Positions 45,067 to 54,806 of a stretch of DNA of 64,000 nucleotides are shown here, piece by piece. The notes under the pieces are model-generated. The model saw nothing but the letters and a program-made list of their open reading frames with translations. It was not told where the DNA came from and made no database searches. The translations under genes were made by a program, and so were the position numbers. Within the stretch, counting starts at the first letter, position 1. Every line of letters begins with the position of its first letter. Location: positions 124,001-188,000 of the IMG/VR virus record IMGVR_UViG_3300020202_000001; one strand, given 5' to 3'.

Positions 45067-46134
45067 ATGTCGGAACCCCTGAACCCAGCGCTCTACCGCA
45101 ACCTGAAGAGGGTCTTCGGCAAGGTGGTGATCTCGAACGAGGGCGTCGCCTTCGTCGGTCGCTACGTGCCGAAGATCGTCGAGGAGGGCGAGGAACTCTA
45201 CATCGAGAACTCGGGCGAGTATTACCGGGTGAACTGCAACAAGTGCAGCGACACCCGGCACCGCCTGTACATCAACCACCGGTGGGCGAAGCGGGACGAG
45301 AAGGGCCGGCGGAACCTGTGGATGGCCGTCTGCTACAACGACCCCACCTGCTACTCCGACCAGGAATCCCGCGAGGAGCTGTACAACCGGCTGAGCGAGA
45401 TCCGGGGCGTGCTGGAGGAGGCGAAGATCAAGCAGGGCGTCGTCCGCAAGGAGGCGTCGATCGTCGACCCGCCCGGCCCGATCATCACGCTCGACAAGCT
45501 GCCGCCGAACCACCCCGCCAACGTCTACCTCGCCGACCGGTACTTCGACCCCGAGCTGCTCGGGCGGACGTACGGCGTCGGGCTGGTGACGAACTCGATG
45601 TACTACCTCGCCCGCGACCGCATCTACTTCCCGATCGTCCAGGACGGGAAGCTGCGGGGCTGGCAGTGCCGGTACGCCGGGGAGCTGGACTGGAAGGACA
45701 AGTCCAACCCGCCGAAGAGCTTCAACTGCCCGGACATGATGCGGGGCCACCTGCTGTACGGCCTCGACCAGGCGAAGCGCTACCAGACCGGGGTCCTCGT
45801 CGAGGGGCCGACGTCGCGGCTCAACTTCGGGCCGATGGCGATGGCCTCGCTCGGGTTCCCGATCACGAACAACCAGTCCCGCTTGGTCGTGCCGCACTTC
45901 AAGGACCACTCGATGGTCATGCTGTTCGACCCCGACGTGCTGGAGAGCCCGTCGATGAAGCGGAAGTACGACCAGGTGTACGACGAGCTGAAGGACCAGT
46001 TTCGACACGGGCTCGCGGCGGTCGCGCTGCCCAAGCCTTACGACCCGGCCGACCTCGATCGGTACTGGGTCCGGGAGTACGTCCGCCGCGAGGCCAAGGC
46101 CCAAGGGGTCAAGGTGCGGTGGGAGAAACGGTGA
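45067..46134 (+). CDS. dnaG: DnaG-like DNA primase
   Basis: CNKC..H..C zinc finger, YLADR, RIYFPI..G.LRGWQCR, LYGLD, TOPRIM LVEGP, FDPD, DPAD. Confidence 0.85.
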   Translation: MSEPLNPALYRNLKRVFGKVVISNEGVAFVGRYVPKIVEEGEELYIENSGEYYRVNCNKCSDTRHRLYINHRWAKRDEKGRRNLWMAVCYNDPTCYSDQESREELYNRLSEIRGVLEEAKIKQGVVRKEASIVDPPGPIITLDKLPPNHPANVYLADRYFDPELLGRTYGVGLVTNSMYYLARDRIYFPIVQDGKLRGWQCRYAGELDWKDKSNPPKSFNCPDMMRGHLLYGLDQAKRYQTGVLVEGPTSRLNFGPMAMASLGFPITNNQSRLVVPHFKDHSMVMLFDPDVLESPSMKRKYDQVYDELKDQFRHGLAAVALPKPYDPADLDRYWVREYVRREAKAQGVKVRWEKR

Positions 46135-46141
46135 GGTCGGC

Positions 46142-46510
46142 ATGGAAGCTGAGCACGTCAAGGCAGCCGCGTTTCGCGACCCGGAGACGGGCCACGTAAC
46201 CGAGGGCGACTACCACGTCGACGCAGAACTCAACAGCCCCAGAGCCGACCGGCTGCGGTCGGAGGGGTACGAGGACGGCGGGGCCGTCATCGAGAAGATG
46301 ATGTTCCAGCTCGGGGAGGCGTTCCACGACGCGGAGGGGTTCGTGACCAGCACGGGCCGCTTCGTGAGCCGGCACGAGGCGCTGACGGTGGCCAAGGCCG
46401 CCGAGCAGCGCATCGGCGGCAGGGTGGACCGAAAGACCTGGCTGAACTCGGAAGATCTCGAACATGACGACCGTTACATGCCACCCGCTGAGCAACTATG
46501 CAGCGCGTGA
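46142..46510 (+). CDS. conserved phage hypothetical protein
   Basis: GFVTSTGRFVSRHEAL.VA...L.SEDL motif. Confidence 0.7.
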   Translation: MEAEHVKAAAFRDPETGHVTEGDYHVDAELNSPRADRLRSEGYEDGGAVIEKMMFQLGEAFHDAEGFVTSTGRFVSRHEALTVAKAAEQRIGGRVDRKTWLNSEDLEHDDRYMPPAEQLCSA

Positions 46511-46673
46511 GGCCCGGCGACAGTGGATGCGGCACTTCCGCCGGGTCTACCTCGACCGGACGGGCCTGCACTACATCGGCCCGATCACCGAGCTGCAGAT
46601 GTTCCTCAACTGCAACTACCTGCCGGAGACGGCGGTCTACCAGCTGACCGGGGTCGGCGGGGCCTGGATCTAA
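46464..46673 (+). CDS. small hypothetical protein
   Basis: Typical codons in 3' part; TAA lies within repeat copy 8. Confidence 0.5.
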   Translation: MTTVTCHPLSNYAAREARRQWMRHFRRVYLDRTGLHYIGPITELQMFLNCNYLPETAVYQLTGVGGAWI

Positions 46674-46688
46674 AAACCGGTTTTGAGA
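46669..46688 (+). repeat. dispersed 20-bp site, copy 8 (TCTAAAAACCGGTTTTGAGA)
   Basis: 12 nt upstream of the polymerase ATG. Confidence 0.95.
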
Positions 46689-46700
46689 TCGGTGAGTCAC

Positions 46701-49700
46701 ATGCAGACAGTGAAGAAACGACGCAAGATCATCACCGACCTCGACGCCGACGCGAAGAAGGCGGAAGCGAGGGCGGCACACAAGGAGATCGGTGGCAGCG
46801 GGCTGTACCCGCTCGACGCCCCGGGCATGCCCCTGCCCGGCCCCGACTTCATGGAACACGCCCGCAACCTGGGCGACCTCTCGGACTTCAAGAAGGTGAA
46901 GGTCGAGGGGCAGGGCAAGAAGAAGACCGACACGGTGCTCGACTCGATCGGCGACAAGCTGGTCGAGCTGCACCGCAGGGCTCTCCGCGAGCCCGGGTTC
47001 ACGATGCCGATCCAGACGAAGCCGGGCATGCGCAAGAGCGTGCCGTTCGTGCCGGGTCACATCTGGGGCCAGTACATGAAGGAGTACGAGGCGGGCGACC
47101 GGATCGCGGTCGACGGCCCCCGCCCGGCCGACGTCATGGTCCTCGGCAAGATGCCGGGCAAGACGGAGGTGCAGGAAGGCCGGAACATGGTCGGCGAGTC
47201 CGGCAAGCTGCTGATCGACGTGATCCGCGAGCACCACATCAAGGGCTCGCCGAACTGGTACGTGACGAACGTGCTGAAGTTCCAGCCGCCGGACAGCAGC
47301 GGCACGATCAAGGCCCCGTGGCTCAAGGACTGCATGCCGCTGCTCCACCAGGAGCTGCGGATCGTGCGGCCGAAGTACATCCTCTGCCTCGGGGCCGACG
47401 CGTCCAAGGCCCTGCTCGGGCCGAAGTACGGCGTCGACTACATGGACGGCCGGGTGATGGAGCTGGAGTACCCGGTCCACATGGAGGCGACGGACGACCC
47501 GGACAAGGTGCTGATGCACAAGGCCCTGGTCATGACGGTCGTCCACCCGGCGGCCGTCGTCCGCGCCCCCGAGCAGCGCCGCCGGCTGGAGCGGGGCATG
47601 GCCCGCTTCGCGATGCTCCAGAACGGCATCCGGTTCGACAAGGAAGAGGTCGACATCGACCACCGGACGATCCGCACGCTGGAGCAGCTCCAGGCCCTGC
47701 TGCACGAGATCGACCACGACCCCTACAAGAAGGACGACTGGATCTCGTTCGACGCGGAGTGGAACGGCGAGCACCCGCAGAACAAGGGCAGCTACGTCCG
47801 CACGATGCAGCTGGCGTGGCGGCCGAAGCACGCGGCCGCGATCATCTGGTCCGACACGACCGGCAAGTTCGTCTTCTGCGACGAGGACGGCAAGCCGGCC
47901 AAGAAGCGGGCGATCAAGCTGCTGAACGAGTGGTTCGCGACCAAGCGGATCACGATGCACTTCGGGGTGGCCGACCTGGAGTGGATGCAGTTCATCGGCC
48001 TGACCGAGCTGGCGAAGCGGTACCGGGTCCCGCTGTACGACAAGTTCTTCGGCGAGTTCGAGAAGCCACAGCGGAAGAAGCTGCGGAAGATGGGCTTCGC
48101 CCCCGGCGACCTCGTGCCGGCCTGGGTCCGCACCCACTTCGAGGGCGGGCACGACACCGGCCTCGCCGGCCACGCGATCGAGGAGACCGCCCAGCTCGGC
48201 CTCGAAGTGCTGGCGATGCGGTACACGACGTGCCCCCGGTACGACATCCCGCTCCACAACTGGAAGGAGGCGTTCTGCAAGGAGAAGGGGTACAAGGCCA
48301 AGGACCTCGAAGGGTACGGCCCCTGCCCCGACGAGATCATCGTGCCGTACGGCTGCTACGACGCGGACGCGACCCTGCGGCTGATGTACGAGCAGCTCCC
48401 GCTGATCGACAACGACTACGAGGGCAACTGCTGCCGGGAGAGCTTCTGGGAGTCGATGCTCACCGTGGGGCCGATCCTGGAGATGCACTGCACGGGCATC
48501 CCGGTCGACCGCAAGCGGATCGACTTCCTGACGGCCGCGTTCATGAAGGCCCGGGCCGAGCAGGAGGAGAAGATCCGCAAGTGGGCGAGGTGGCCGGAGT
48601 TCAACATCCGGTCCGTCACCCAGGTGCGGGAGTTCCTGTTCGGCGAGAAGTACAACGGCAAGAAGACCCCGACCGGCGACATCGTCAGCGTCCGCCCCCG
48701 CAAGGGCGTGGACGGGGCGAAGCACACCGCCAAGAGCCTCTACCTCGAACCGATCCTCGACACGTCCAAGCCGCCCAAGGCGTGGTTCGACATCAAGGAC
48801 AAGGGGCTCGAACACGAGCACACGCCCGGGACCGGCAAGACGATCCTCGGCGTGCTCGCGCAGGAGAACCAGGAGCAGAGCGAGTACGTCCAGTGGATTC
48901 GCGACTACCGGTTCCTCGACCAGGTCCTCAAGAGCGTGCTCCGGCCGCCCGTGGTGGACAAGGACGGAGAGGTCGTGCGGGACGAGACGGCCGAGGCGGC
49001 CAGCAGCATCGACGCCTCGACCGGGCAGGAGGCCAGCCCGTACAGCTTCGGGCGGGACAACCTCGGCGGCGTGGTCTACGACGCCGGGCTCGCGGCCGTG
49101 ATCTGCGGCGACGGCCGGGTGCGGACGCACCTGTACCCGACCACCGAGACCAAGCGGTGGCGGTCGGCCCGGCCGAACCTGCAGAACATGTCGAAGCGGC
49201 GGGACCCCGACTACACCCGCCTGCTGGGCGGCACGAAGAACGAGAAGGGCAAGTGGGTCGGCGGCGACTACAAGTACAAGCTGCGGTCGCTGCTGCACGC
49301 CATCCCCGGGCACGTCCTGGTCGAGGCGGACTTCATCGGCGCGGAGCTGTACCTGATGGCGGTCATGTCGGGCGACCCGACGATGATCGAGCACGCCACG
49401 CGGAACCAGCTGCCCGAGGACGACCCGCTCTACTACGACATCCACTCCAACGTCGCCGTGCTCGCCTTCAACCTGAAGTGCGAGCCGACGAAGAAGGGGC
49501 TGGAGTCGATCGGGAAGGTGTCCCTCCGCATCGCGGCGAAGAACGTGATCTTCGGCGTCGCCTACGGGCGGCAGGCGAAGGCGATCGCGCTGCAGTGCAA
49601 GGAGGAGGGCAACCCGATCACGGTGCAGCAGGCGCAGATCATCATCGACATCGTGTTCCAGCTGTACCCGGGGCTCAAGCCGTTCTTCACCGAGGCCCAG

Positions 49701-50174
49701 CAGCGGTCGAAGGACCCCCGCTGGATCTGCTCGTGCTTCGGGGCGTTCCGCCGGTTCCCGCAGACCGACGACTTCTCGCTGCAGGGCGAGTTCGAGCGGC
49801 AGGCGATGAACTTCGGGATTCAGTCGGGCATCGCCTCGGCCATGGACCGGGCGCTGGCCTACATGGAGGACTATCGCAACAACACGATCGGGGACCCGGA
49901 CTTCTTCAAGTTCGCCCTCCAGATCCACGACGCCGTCCTGCTGCACGTCCCCTACGCCAACGTCGAGCGGGTCGTCGAGGACGTGCTGCCGTACAACCTG
50001 ACCAAGCGGGTCGAGATCTACCCGACCACGCTCGACGGGGTGCCCACCGGCGAGGGTCCGTACCACCTGGGCATCGACACCGAGATCTTCGACCACTGGG
50101 GCGAGCCGCTCACGCCGAACTTCTGCGAGGAGCACGGCATCCCCCTCAAGTACGCCAAAGGAAAGGCAGCGTGA
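46701..50174 (+). CDS. polA: family A DNA polymerase with N-terminal uracil-DNA glycosylase-like domain and 3'-5' exonuclease
   Basis: UDG4-like VMVLGKMPG..E..GRNMVGESGKLL, YVTNVLKF, ILCLGA.A, VHPAAVVR; exonuclease SFDAE and YGCYDAD; motif A EADFIGAEL, motif B RIAAKNVIFGVAYG, motif C QIHDAV. Confidence 0.93.
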   Translation: MQTVKKRRKIITDLDADAKKAEARAAHKEIGGSGLYPLDAPGMPLPGPDFMEHARNLGDLSDFKKVKVEGQGKKKTDTVLDSIGDKLVELHRRALREPGFTMPIQTKPGMRKSVPFVPGHIWGQYMKEYEAGDRIAVDGPRPADVMVLGKMPGKTEVQEGRNMVGESGKLLIDVIREHHIKGSPNWYVTNVLKFQPPDSSGTIKAPWLKDCMPLLHQELRIVRPKYILCLGADASKALLGPKYGVDYMDGRVMELEYPVHMEATDDPDKVLMHKALVMTVVHPAAVVRAPEQRRRLERGMARFAMLQNGIRFDKEEVDIDHRTIRTLEQLQALLHEIDHDPYKKDDWISFDAEWNGEHPQNKGSYVRTMQLAWRPKHAAAIIWSDTTGKFVFCDEDGKPAKKRAIKLLNEWFATKRITMHFGVADLEWMQFIGLTELAKRYRVPLYDKFFGEFEKPQRKKLRKMGFAPGDLVPAWVRTHFEGGHDTGLAGHAIEETAQLGLEVLAMRYTTCPRYDIPLHNWKEAFCKEKGYKAKDLEGYGPCPDEIIVPYGCYDADATLRLMYEQLPLIDNDYEGNCCRESFWESMLTVGPILEMHCTGIPVDRKRIDFLTAAFMKARAEQEEKIRKWARWPEFNIRSVTQVREFLFGEKYNGKKTPTGDIVSVRPRKGVDGAKHTAKSLYLEPILDTSKPPKAWFDIKDKGLEHEHTPGTGKTILGVLAQENQEQSEYVQWIRDYRFLDQVLKSVLRPPVVDKDGEVVRDETAEAASSIDASTGQEASPYSFGRDNLGGVVYDAGLAAVICGDGRVRTHLYPTTETKRWRSARPNLQNMSKRRDPDYTRLLGGTKNEKGKWVGGDYKYKLRSLLHAIPGHVLVEADFIGAELYLMAVMSGDPTMIEHATRNQLPEDDPLYYDIHSNVAVLAFNLKCEPTKKGLESIGKVSLRIAAKNVIFGVAYGRQAKAIALQCKEEGNPITVQQAQIIIDIVFQLYPGLKPFFTEAQQRSKDPRWICSCFGAFRRFPQTDDFSLQGEFERQAMNFGIQSGIASAMDRALAYMEDYRNNTIGDPDFFKFALQIHDAVLLHVPYANVERVVEDVLPYNLTKRVEIYPTTLDGVPTGEGPYHLGIDTEIFDHWGEPLTPNFCEEHGIPLKYAKGKAA

Positions 50175-50905
50175 TGAACCGAGAGACCATCTCATTCCCG
50201 CCCCTGTCGCCGCGACTGTTGGAACGGCTCAAAGGAGCCTTCATCGTCGTGGACGGCATGAACGGGTCCGGCAAGACGACCGTCTCGACCCTGCTCGTAG
50301 ACGTCATCCGCGACGCGCGGCGGCGGGCGGACCCGTCGTGCGACAACGTGACCTACCCGGACTGGGTCGCCCACTTCCGAGAGCCGGGCGGCACCGCGTA
50401 CGGCGAGAAGCTCCGCGAGCTGCTGATCGCCCCCGGCGTGGGGGACGTGTGCCCGGAGACCCAGGCCCTGATGTTCATGGCCGCCCGGGCGCAACTCGTG
50501 CGGGAGAAGACCCACCCGCTGCGTCGCGCCGGCTTCACCGTCGTGTGCGACCGCTGGGCCTCGACGACGTTCGCCTACCAGGGCGGGGGCGGCGGGATGG
50601 ACTACATCGTGATCGACGACATCTACGACGCGGCCGTGCCGGACGACCTACGGCCGGACCTCGTCCTGATCCTCGACGTCCCCGTCGAGTCGGCGGTGAA
50701 GCGGCTGCAGGCCGCCGACCCGACCAACAACCGGTGGCGGGAGATGTCCGAGTCGTTCTACCGCAACGTCCGCACGGGGTACGCCAAGTGGCAGGACATG
50801 TACCCGGCCGTGACCCGGGTCGTGGACGCCAACGCGAGGCTCCAGACGGTCCTCGACCGGGTCGTCGAGGCCGCCGAGGAGTTCTTCCAACCGAAGGAGC
50901 TGTGA
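50174..50905 (+). CDS. tmk: thymidylate kinase
   Basis: FIVVDGMNGSGKTT, REPGGT..GEKLRELL, LMFMAARAQ, VVCDRW..STFAYQG, PDLVLILDV. Confidence 0.92.
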   Translation: MNRETISFPPLSPRLLERLKGAFIVVDGMNGSGKTTVSTLLVDVIRDARRRADPSCDNVTYPDWVAHFREPGGTAYGEKLRELLIAPGVGDVCPETQALMFMAARAQLVREKTHPLRRAGFTVVCDRWASTTFAYQGGGGGMDYIVIDDIYDAAVPDDLRPDLVLILDVPVESAVKRLQAADPTNNRWREMSESFYRNVRTGYAKWQDMYPAVTRVVDANARLQTVLDRVVEAAEEFFQPKEL

Positions 50906-50937
50906 CCCCCCGTTAGGGTGGTATCCGGCTCGCCTTC

Positions 50938-50946
50938 TGCTACAAT
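50938..50946 (+). promoter_or_regulatory. extended -10 promoter element
   Basis: TGcTACAAT upstream of the 51018 gene. Confidence 0.45.
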
Positions 50947-51017
50947 GCGACCACTCAATCCGGGTCCCCGAAGGTTCCCCAGTGGTCGAGAGAAACCAGT
51001 TCTAGGAGACAGATCCC

Positions 51018-53171
51018 ATGGCTCGAAACCGAGGCCTCAAGCCCCGCTCCAGCGGGCAGTACGACAACCGTTCCCACGGCCGGCGCGAGGGCGGCGGCCC
51101 GCCGGACGACCGGACGATCAACACCCAGGTGGCCCGCGTGAACCTGGTGCGTGCGCGGTGGAAGGAGGGGCCGCTGATCGCCCGCCCGTGGCCGGCGCTG
51201 GGGTACGAGGACCCGACGCAGCTCGTGCCGGGCCGCAAGCACATCGACAGCCACGGCCAGAACCACTGGATCGTGCGTGCCCCGGTGGCGAAGTACATCG
51301 GCATCCACGAGCACTTCACCTTCATCCTCTACAAGCCGTGGGAGGTGGAGACGAACCCGGAGGTCAAGAAGAACAACCCGTACCTCGTGCTCTACCGCGC
51401 GGCGAAGGCGGCCCTCAAGGCCGGCAACTTCGGCCCCGGGCGGAAGTGGGACGCGGACTGGAACAAGCTGATGCCGACGATCGGCGGCGACGACACGGGC
51501 GGTGCCCCGATGTCCAACCCGAACGCGGTCGGCTTCTTCCAGGGCGAGATCTACGCCAACGGCGACAAGGACTACATCGGCAACGACCGCACCCTGCCGC
51601 TCGGCGCGGCGGACGGCGACGACCTGCAGGTGGTCCAGATCGCCGGGGCCGCGTTCGACCGGCTGCTCGATCTGCTCGACACGCCCAAGCCGGACGCGGA
51701 GGGTGACGAGGAGAAGGAGCCCTGGAAGTTCTTCAAGTTCGGCGACCCGACCGGCGTCCCGCAGGAGGACGGCAGCGTCGAGGGCGGCAAGTTCATCTAC
51801 GTCTTCAACCCCAAGCGGGCGAAGGTGAAGGACGGCGACAAGGGCAAGATCGTCACCGTGGGCGGGCAGAGCTTCATGCTCAGCCGGTCCAGCTGGGAGG
51901 GCAAGATCAGCCAGACCCAGGGGTACGAGACGGCCCTGGCCAGCGTGTTCAAGAGCGAGGACGGGACGAAGTTCACGCCCGACCTCGACAACGACCGGGC
52001 CGAGCGCGTCCGCGACACGTTCCAGTTCTGGTGGGACGACGAGGAGAGCGGGCAGAAGGGCCTGCTCAAGGTCCCCTCGATCGAGGAGCAGTGCGTGCTG
52101 ATCGCCCGCGCGTTCCAGGACGTCCCCAAGCTGCTGACGTATGCCTGGGGCGACCACGACGAGTTCCTGTCCGGCGAGGTGCAGGACATCCTCAAGCAGA
52201 AGCGCACGGCGGCCATGCCGGGCGACGACGACGAGCGTGACGCCGCCCGCGGCGACGACGACGACGATGACGTGGAGGGCGACGACGACGACGACGCGCC
52301 GAAGGCGGGCAAGAAGGTCCGCACCGACCCCACGCAGAAGACCGGCAAGAAGAAGCCGGCCGACGACGAGGACGACGACACGGACGGCGACGACGATGAC
52401 GACGCCGACGAGAAGCCGGCCGCCGGCAAGAAGGGCGACAAGAAGAAGCCCGCCAAGAAGGACGATGACGAGGACGACGACGCCGACGACGACACGGACG
52501 CGGAGAACGCGGACGATGACGACGCCGGCGACGACGACGATGACGCCGACGACACGGACGACACCGGCGACGACGAGGACGAGGCCGAGGGCGAAGCCGA
52601 GGCGGGCGACGACGACGATGACGCCGACGACTCGGACGACGACGAGGCCGGTGACGATGACGACGACACCGACGAGGACGCTGGCGACGACGACGACGCT
52701 GACGACACCGACGACGATGACGCCGGTGACGACGACGACGACGACGCGGACGCGCCCAAGCCCGGCAAGAAGGGCGACAAGAAGCCGGCGGGCAAGGCCG
52801 ACAAGAAGCCGGCCGGCAAGAAGGACGACGACGACGAGAACGCCGGCTACTTCGCCGAGGGCGACGACGACAAGAAGCCCGCGGGCAAGAAGGGCGACAA
52901 GAAGCCGGCCGCGAAGAAGGACGACGACGACGACGCGGACGATGACGACGCCGGCGACGACGCCGACGACGACAAGACCGCGTCGATGAAGAAGTCCACG
53001 GACGCCGCCCGCGACCGCGCGGGCAAGCGTGCCAACCTGCCGCCCGACAAGAAGGGCGACGGGAAGAAGCCCGCCGCCGACAAGAAGCCGGCCGACAAGC
53101 CGGCGGACAAGAAGGCGGACAAGAAGCCGGCGGATAAGCCCGCCGCCGGCAAGACCGGCAAGAAGAAGTAG
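51018..53171 (+). CDS. probable ssDNA-binding/recombination accessory protein with very long Asp-rich and Lys-rich tail
   Basis: AGGAG RBS; aromatic/beta-rich N-terminal ~390 aa; located between tmk and recA; function inferred from position and acidic tail only. Confidence 0.5.
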   Translation: MARNRGLKPRSSGQYDNRSHGRREGGGPPDDRTINTQVARVNLVRARWKEGPLIARPWPALGYEDPTQLVPGRKHIDSHGQNHWIVRAPVAKYIGIHEHFTFILYKPWEVETNPEVKKNNPYLVLYRAAKAALKAGNFGPGRKWDADWNKLMPTIGGDDTGGAPMSNPNAVGFFQGEIYANGDKDYIGNDRTLPLGAADGDDLQVVQIAGAAFDRLLDLLDTPKPDAEGDEEKEPWKFFKFGDPTGVPQEDGSVEGGKFIYVFNPKRAKVKDGDKGKIVTVGGQSFMLSRSSWEGKISQTQGYETALASVFKSEDGTKFTPDLDNDRAERVRDTFQFWWDDEESGQKGLLKVPSIEEQCVLIARAFQDVPKLLTYAWGDHDEFLSGEVQDILKQKRTAAMPGDDDERDAARGDDDDDDVEGDDDDDAPKAGKKVRTDPTQKTGKKKPADDEDDDTDGDDDDDADEKPAAGKKGDKKKPAKKDDDEDDDADDDTDAENADDDDAGDDDDDADDTDDTGDDEDEAEGEAEAGDDDDDADDSDDDEAGDDDDDTDEDAGDDDDADDTDDDDAGDDDDDDADAPKPGKKGDKKPAGKADKKPAGKKDDDDENAGYFAEGDDDKKPAGKKGDKKPAAKKDDDDDADDDDAGDDADDDKTASMKKSTDAARDRAGKRANLPPDKKGDGKKPAADKKPADKPADKKADKKPADKPAAGKTGKKK
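52220..53165 (+). repeat. low-complexity coding repeats (GAC)n / GDDDDDADD and KKPAGKKGDKK units
   Basis: Read directly. Confidence 0.85.
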
Positions 53172-53204
53172 CCCGCCGGCGCTACACCTGATCCGACGCC
53201 CGGA

Positions 53205-53236
53205 ACGGGGGCGGGTGCCACTAGGACCCGCCCCCG
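53205..53236 (+). terminator. hairpin, possible terminator
   Basis: CGGGGGCGGGT-GCCACTAGG-ACCCGCCCCCG. Confidence 0.55.
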
Positions 53237-53266
53237 CTCCTGCGTACACCCCTGAGGAACCTCGAC

Positions 53267-54802
53267 ATGCCGAAACAGGAACGCAAGGCACGGAAGCCGG
53301 TCCCCGTCGCGAAGCGACAGCCCCGCGACGAGGACGACGGCGAGGAGACGAAGGCCGCGAAGCCGGCCGCCAAGCCGGCAGCCTCGGAGAAGGCCACCGG
53401 GTCCGCCCCCGGCACGCTCAAGCGCCGCTTGAAGCCCCGGGAGGACCCCACCGGCGCGAGCACCGGTCCGAACGACCGTGTTCACGCCCCGCGGCCCGTC
53501 CACAGCCTCGACAACCGGGACCTCTCCAAGATCCCCAAGAAGGGCAAGCAGCGCCTCGCCGAGTGGCGGGGCCAGAACCACGGCAAGAAGCTCGACAAGT
53601 ACATGCAGGGCATGATGAGTGCCTCGCGTCGAAAGTTCGGCCACAACGCCGTGTTCGCGGGGCACACCGACGAGAACATGATCGTCGGCATCCCGTGCCC
53701 GCTCGCCTTCGAGTACCTGCTCTGCCAGGACGTCTTCCCCCTCGGCCTCATCTACCAGATCGTCGGTCTGGCGGGCTCGCTCAAGAGTTCGCTGATCTAC
53801 GAGATCATGCGCTGGTTCCGCAACGCCGGCGGCGGCTCGCACCTTGAGGAGGTGGAGACGAAGTTCTCCCCAGAACTCATGCGGTCGATCGTCGGGTACG
53901 CGGAGGACGAGACGAACGTCATCGTCGACCGGTGCGACTCGGTCGAGGACTGGCAGCGGAAACTGCTCTACAACATCGACCAGCAGAAGGAGCTGCTGAC
54001 CTGGGAGGACAAGGCCAACAAGATCCCGGGTCCGGGTCGAACGGTGCCCATCTGCTTCGCGGTCGACAGCGTCAGCGGCAAGCTGAGCATGGAGACGCAG
54101 GAGAAGGTCAACGACCAGGGCTTCCACGGCCGGTCGTTCCCGATCGAGGCGATGAGCATCACCGGGTTCATGAAGACCGTGCCCCAGATGATCGACGGGT
54201 GGCCGTTCGCGCTGGTGCTGAACAACCACCTGAAGATGGGCAAGGACGACCAGGGCCACGACGTCCGGCGGATCACCGGCGGCGCGGGCCTGAACTTCCA
54301 GGAGTCGTTCGAGCTGGAGACGAAGGTCCGCAAGTCGAAGATCGAGTGCTCCGAGTGGGAGGGCATCCAGATCGGCATCCGCTGCACGAAGAACTCGTTC
54401 GGCCCCACGCACCGCCGCATCGACGCACGCATGCTGTGGTGGGAGGAGATGAACGAGGAGACGGGCGACTACGACCAGATCACCCGCTGGGACTGGCACT
54501 GGTCCACCGTGCAGCTGCTGACCGGCGAGAACATGCTGAGCGCCATGATCCGGGCTCGGCTGAAGGAAGCCGGCGTCCACGTCGACGCGCCGAAGAAGGC
54601 CGACGTGGAGAACCTCGCGTGGAGCAAGAACCTCGGCATGAAGAAGGAAGACGCCGTGCCGTGGAGCGAACTCGGCGCGATGATCGCCAAGGACACCGTT
54701 CTGTTGAACACCATCAGGCAGTGCCTCGGCATCAAGCGCCGCCCGCTCCTGCAGGGCGACTACCTCCAGCAACTGGAAGGGCTGCGAGAGCAGCTCCCGT
54801 GA
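53267..54802 (+). CDS. recA: RecA/UvsX-like recombinase with basic N-terminal extension
   Basis: FPLGLIYQIVGLAGSLKSS (Walker A), EVETK, AVDSVS (Walker B), VLNNHLK, TGGAGLNF, CTKNSFGP. Confidence 0.85.
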   Translation: MPKQERKARKPVPVAKRQPRDEDDGEETKAAKPAAKPAASEKATGSAPGTLKRRLKPREDPTGASTGPNDRVHAPRPVHSLDNRDLSKIPKKGKQRLAEWRGQNHGKKLDKYMQGMMSASRRKFGHNAVFAGHTDENMIVGIPCPLAFEYLLCQDVFPLGLIYQIVGLAGSLKSSLIYEIMRWFRNAGGGSHLEEVETKFSPELMRSIVGYAEDETNVIVDRCDSVEDWQRKLLYNIDQQKELLTWEDKANKIPGPGRTVPICFAVDSVSGKLSMETQEKVNDQGFHGRSFPIEAMSITGFMKTVPQMIDGWPFALVLNNHLKMGKDDQGHDVRRITGGAGLNFQESFELETKVRKSKIECSEWEGIQIGIRCTKNSFGPTHRRIDARMLWWEEMNEETGDYDQITRWDWHWSTVQLLTGENMLSAMIRARLKEAGVHVDAPKKADVENLAWSKNLGMKKEDAVPWSELGAMIAKDTVLLNTIRQCLGIKRRPLLQGDYLQQLEGLREQLP

Positions 54803-54806
54803 CACG

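Noticed and set aside
46287-50195. Very long antisense ORFs (e.g. 46287-50195, 3348-5114, 37204-39243, 41169-43331, 50955-53291)
   Set aside because: They mirror well-supported + strand genes. Their V/L/R/G-rich composition and lack of motifs are the expected shadow of GC3-biased codons.
46523-50905. 1460-aa ORF ending in thymidylate kinase
   Set aside because: The first ~1217 codons are the Arg/Gly/Pro shadow frame of polA. Tmk starts at 50171/50174, coupled to the polA stop.
50988-51007. GAGAGAAACCAGTTCTAGGA as an eleventh palindrome copy
   Set aside because: Only about 11-12 of 20 positions match and the invariant half is broken.
52220-52980. (GAC/GAT)n tract as a non-coding microsatellite
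   Set aside because: It is in frame within the 51018-53171 gene, encodes poly-Asp and shows synonymous variation.
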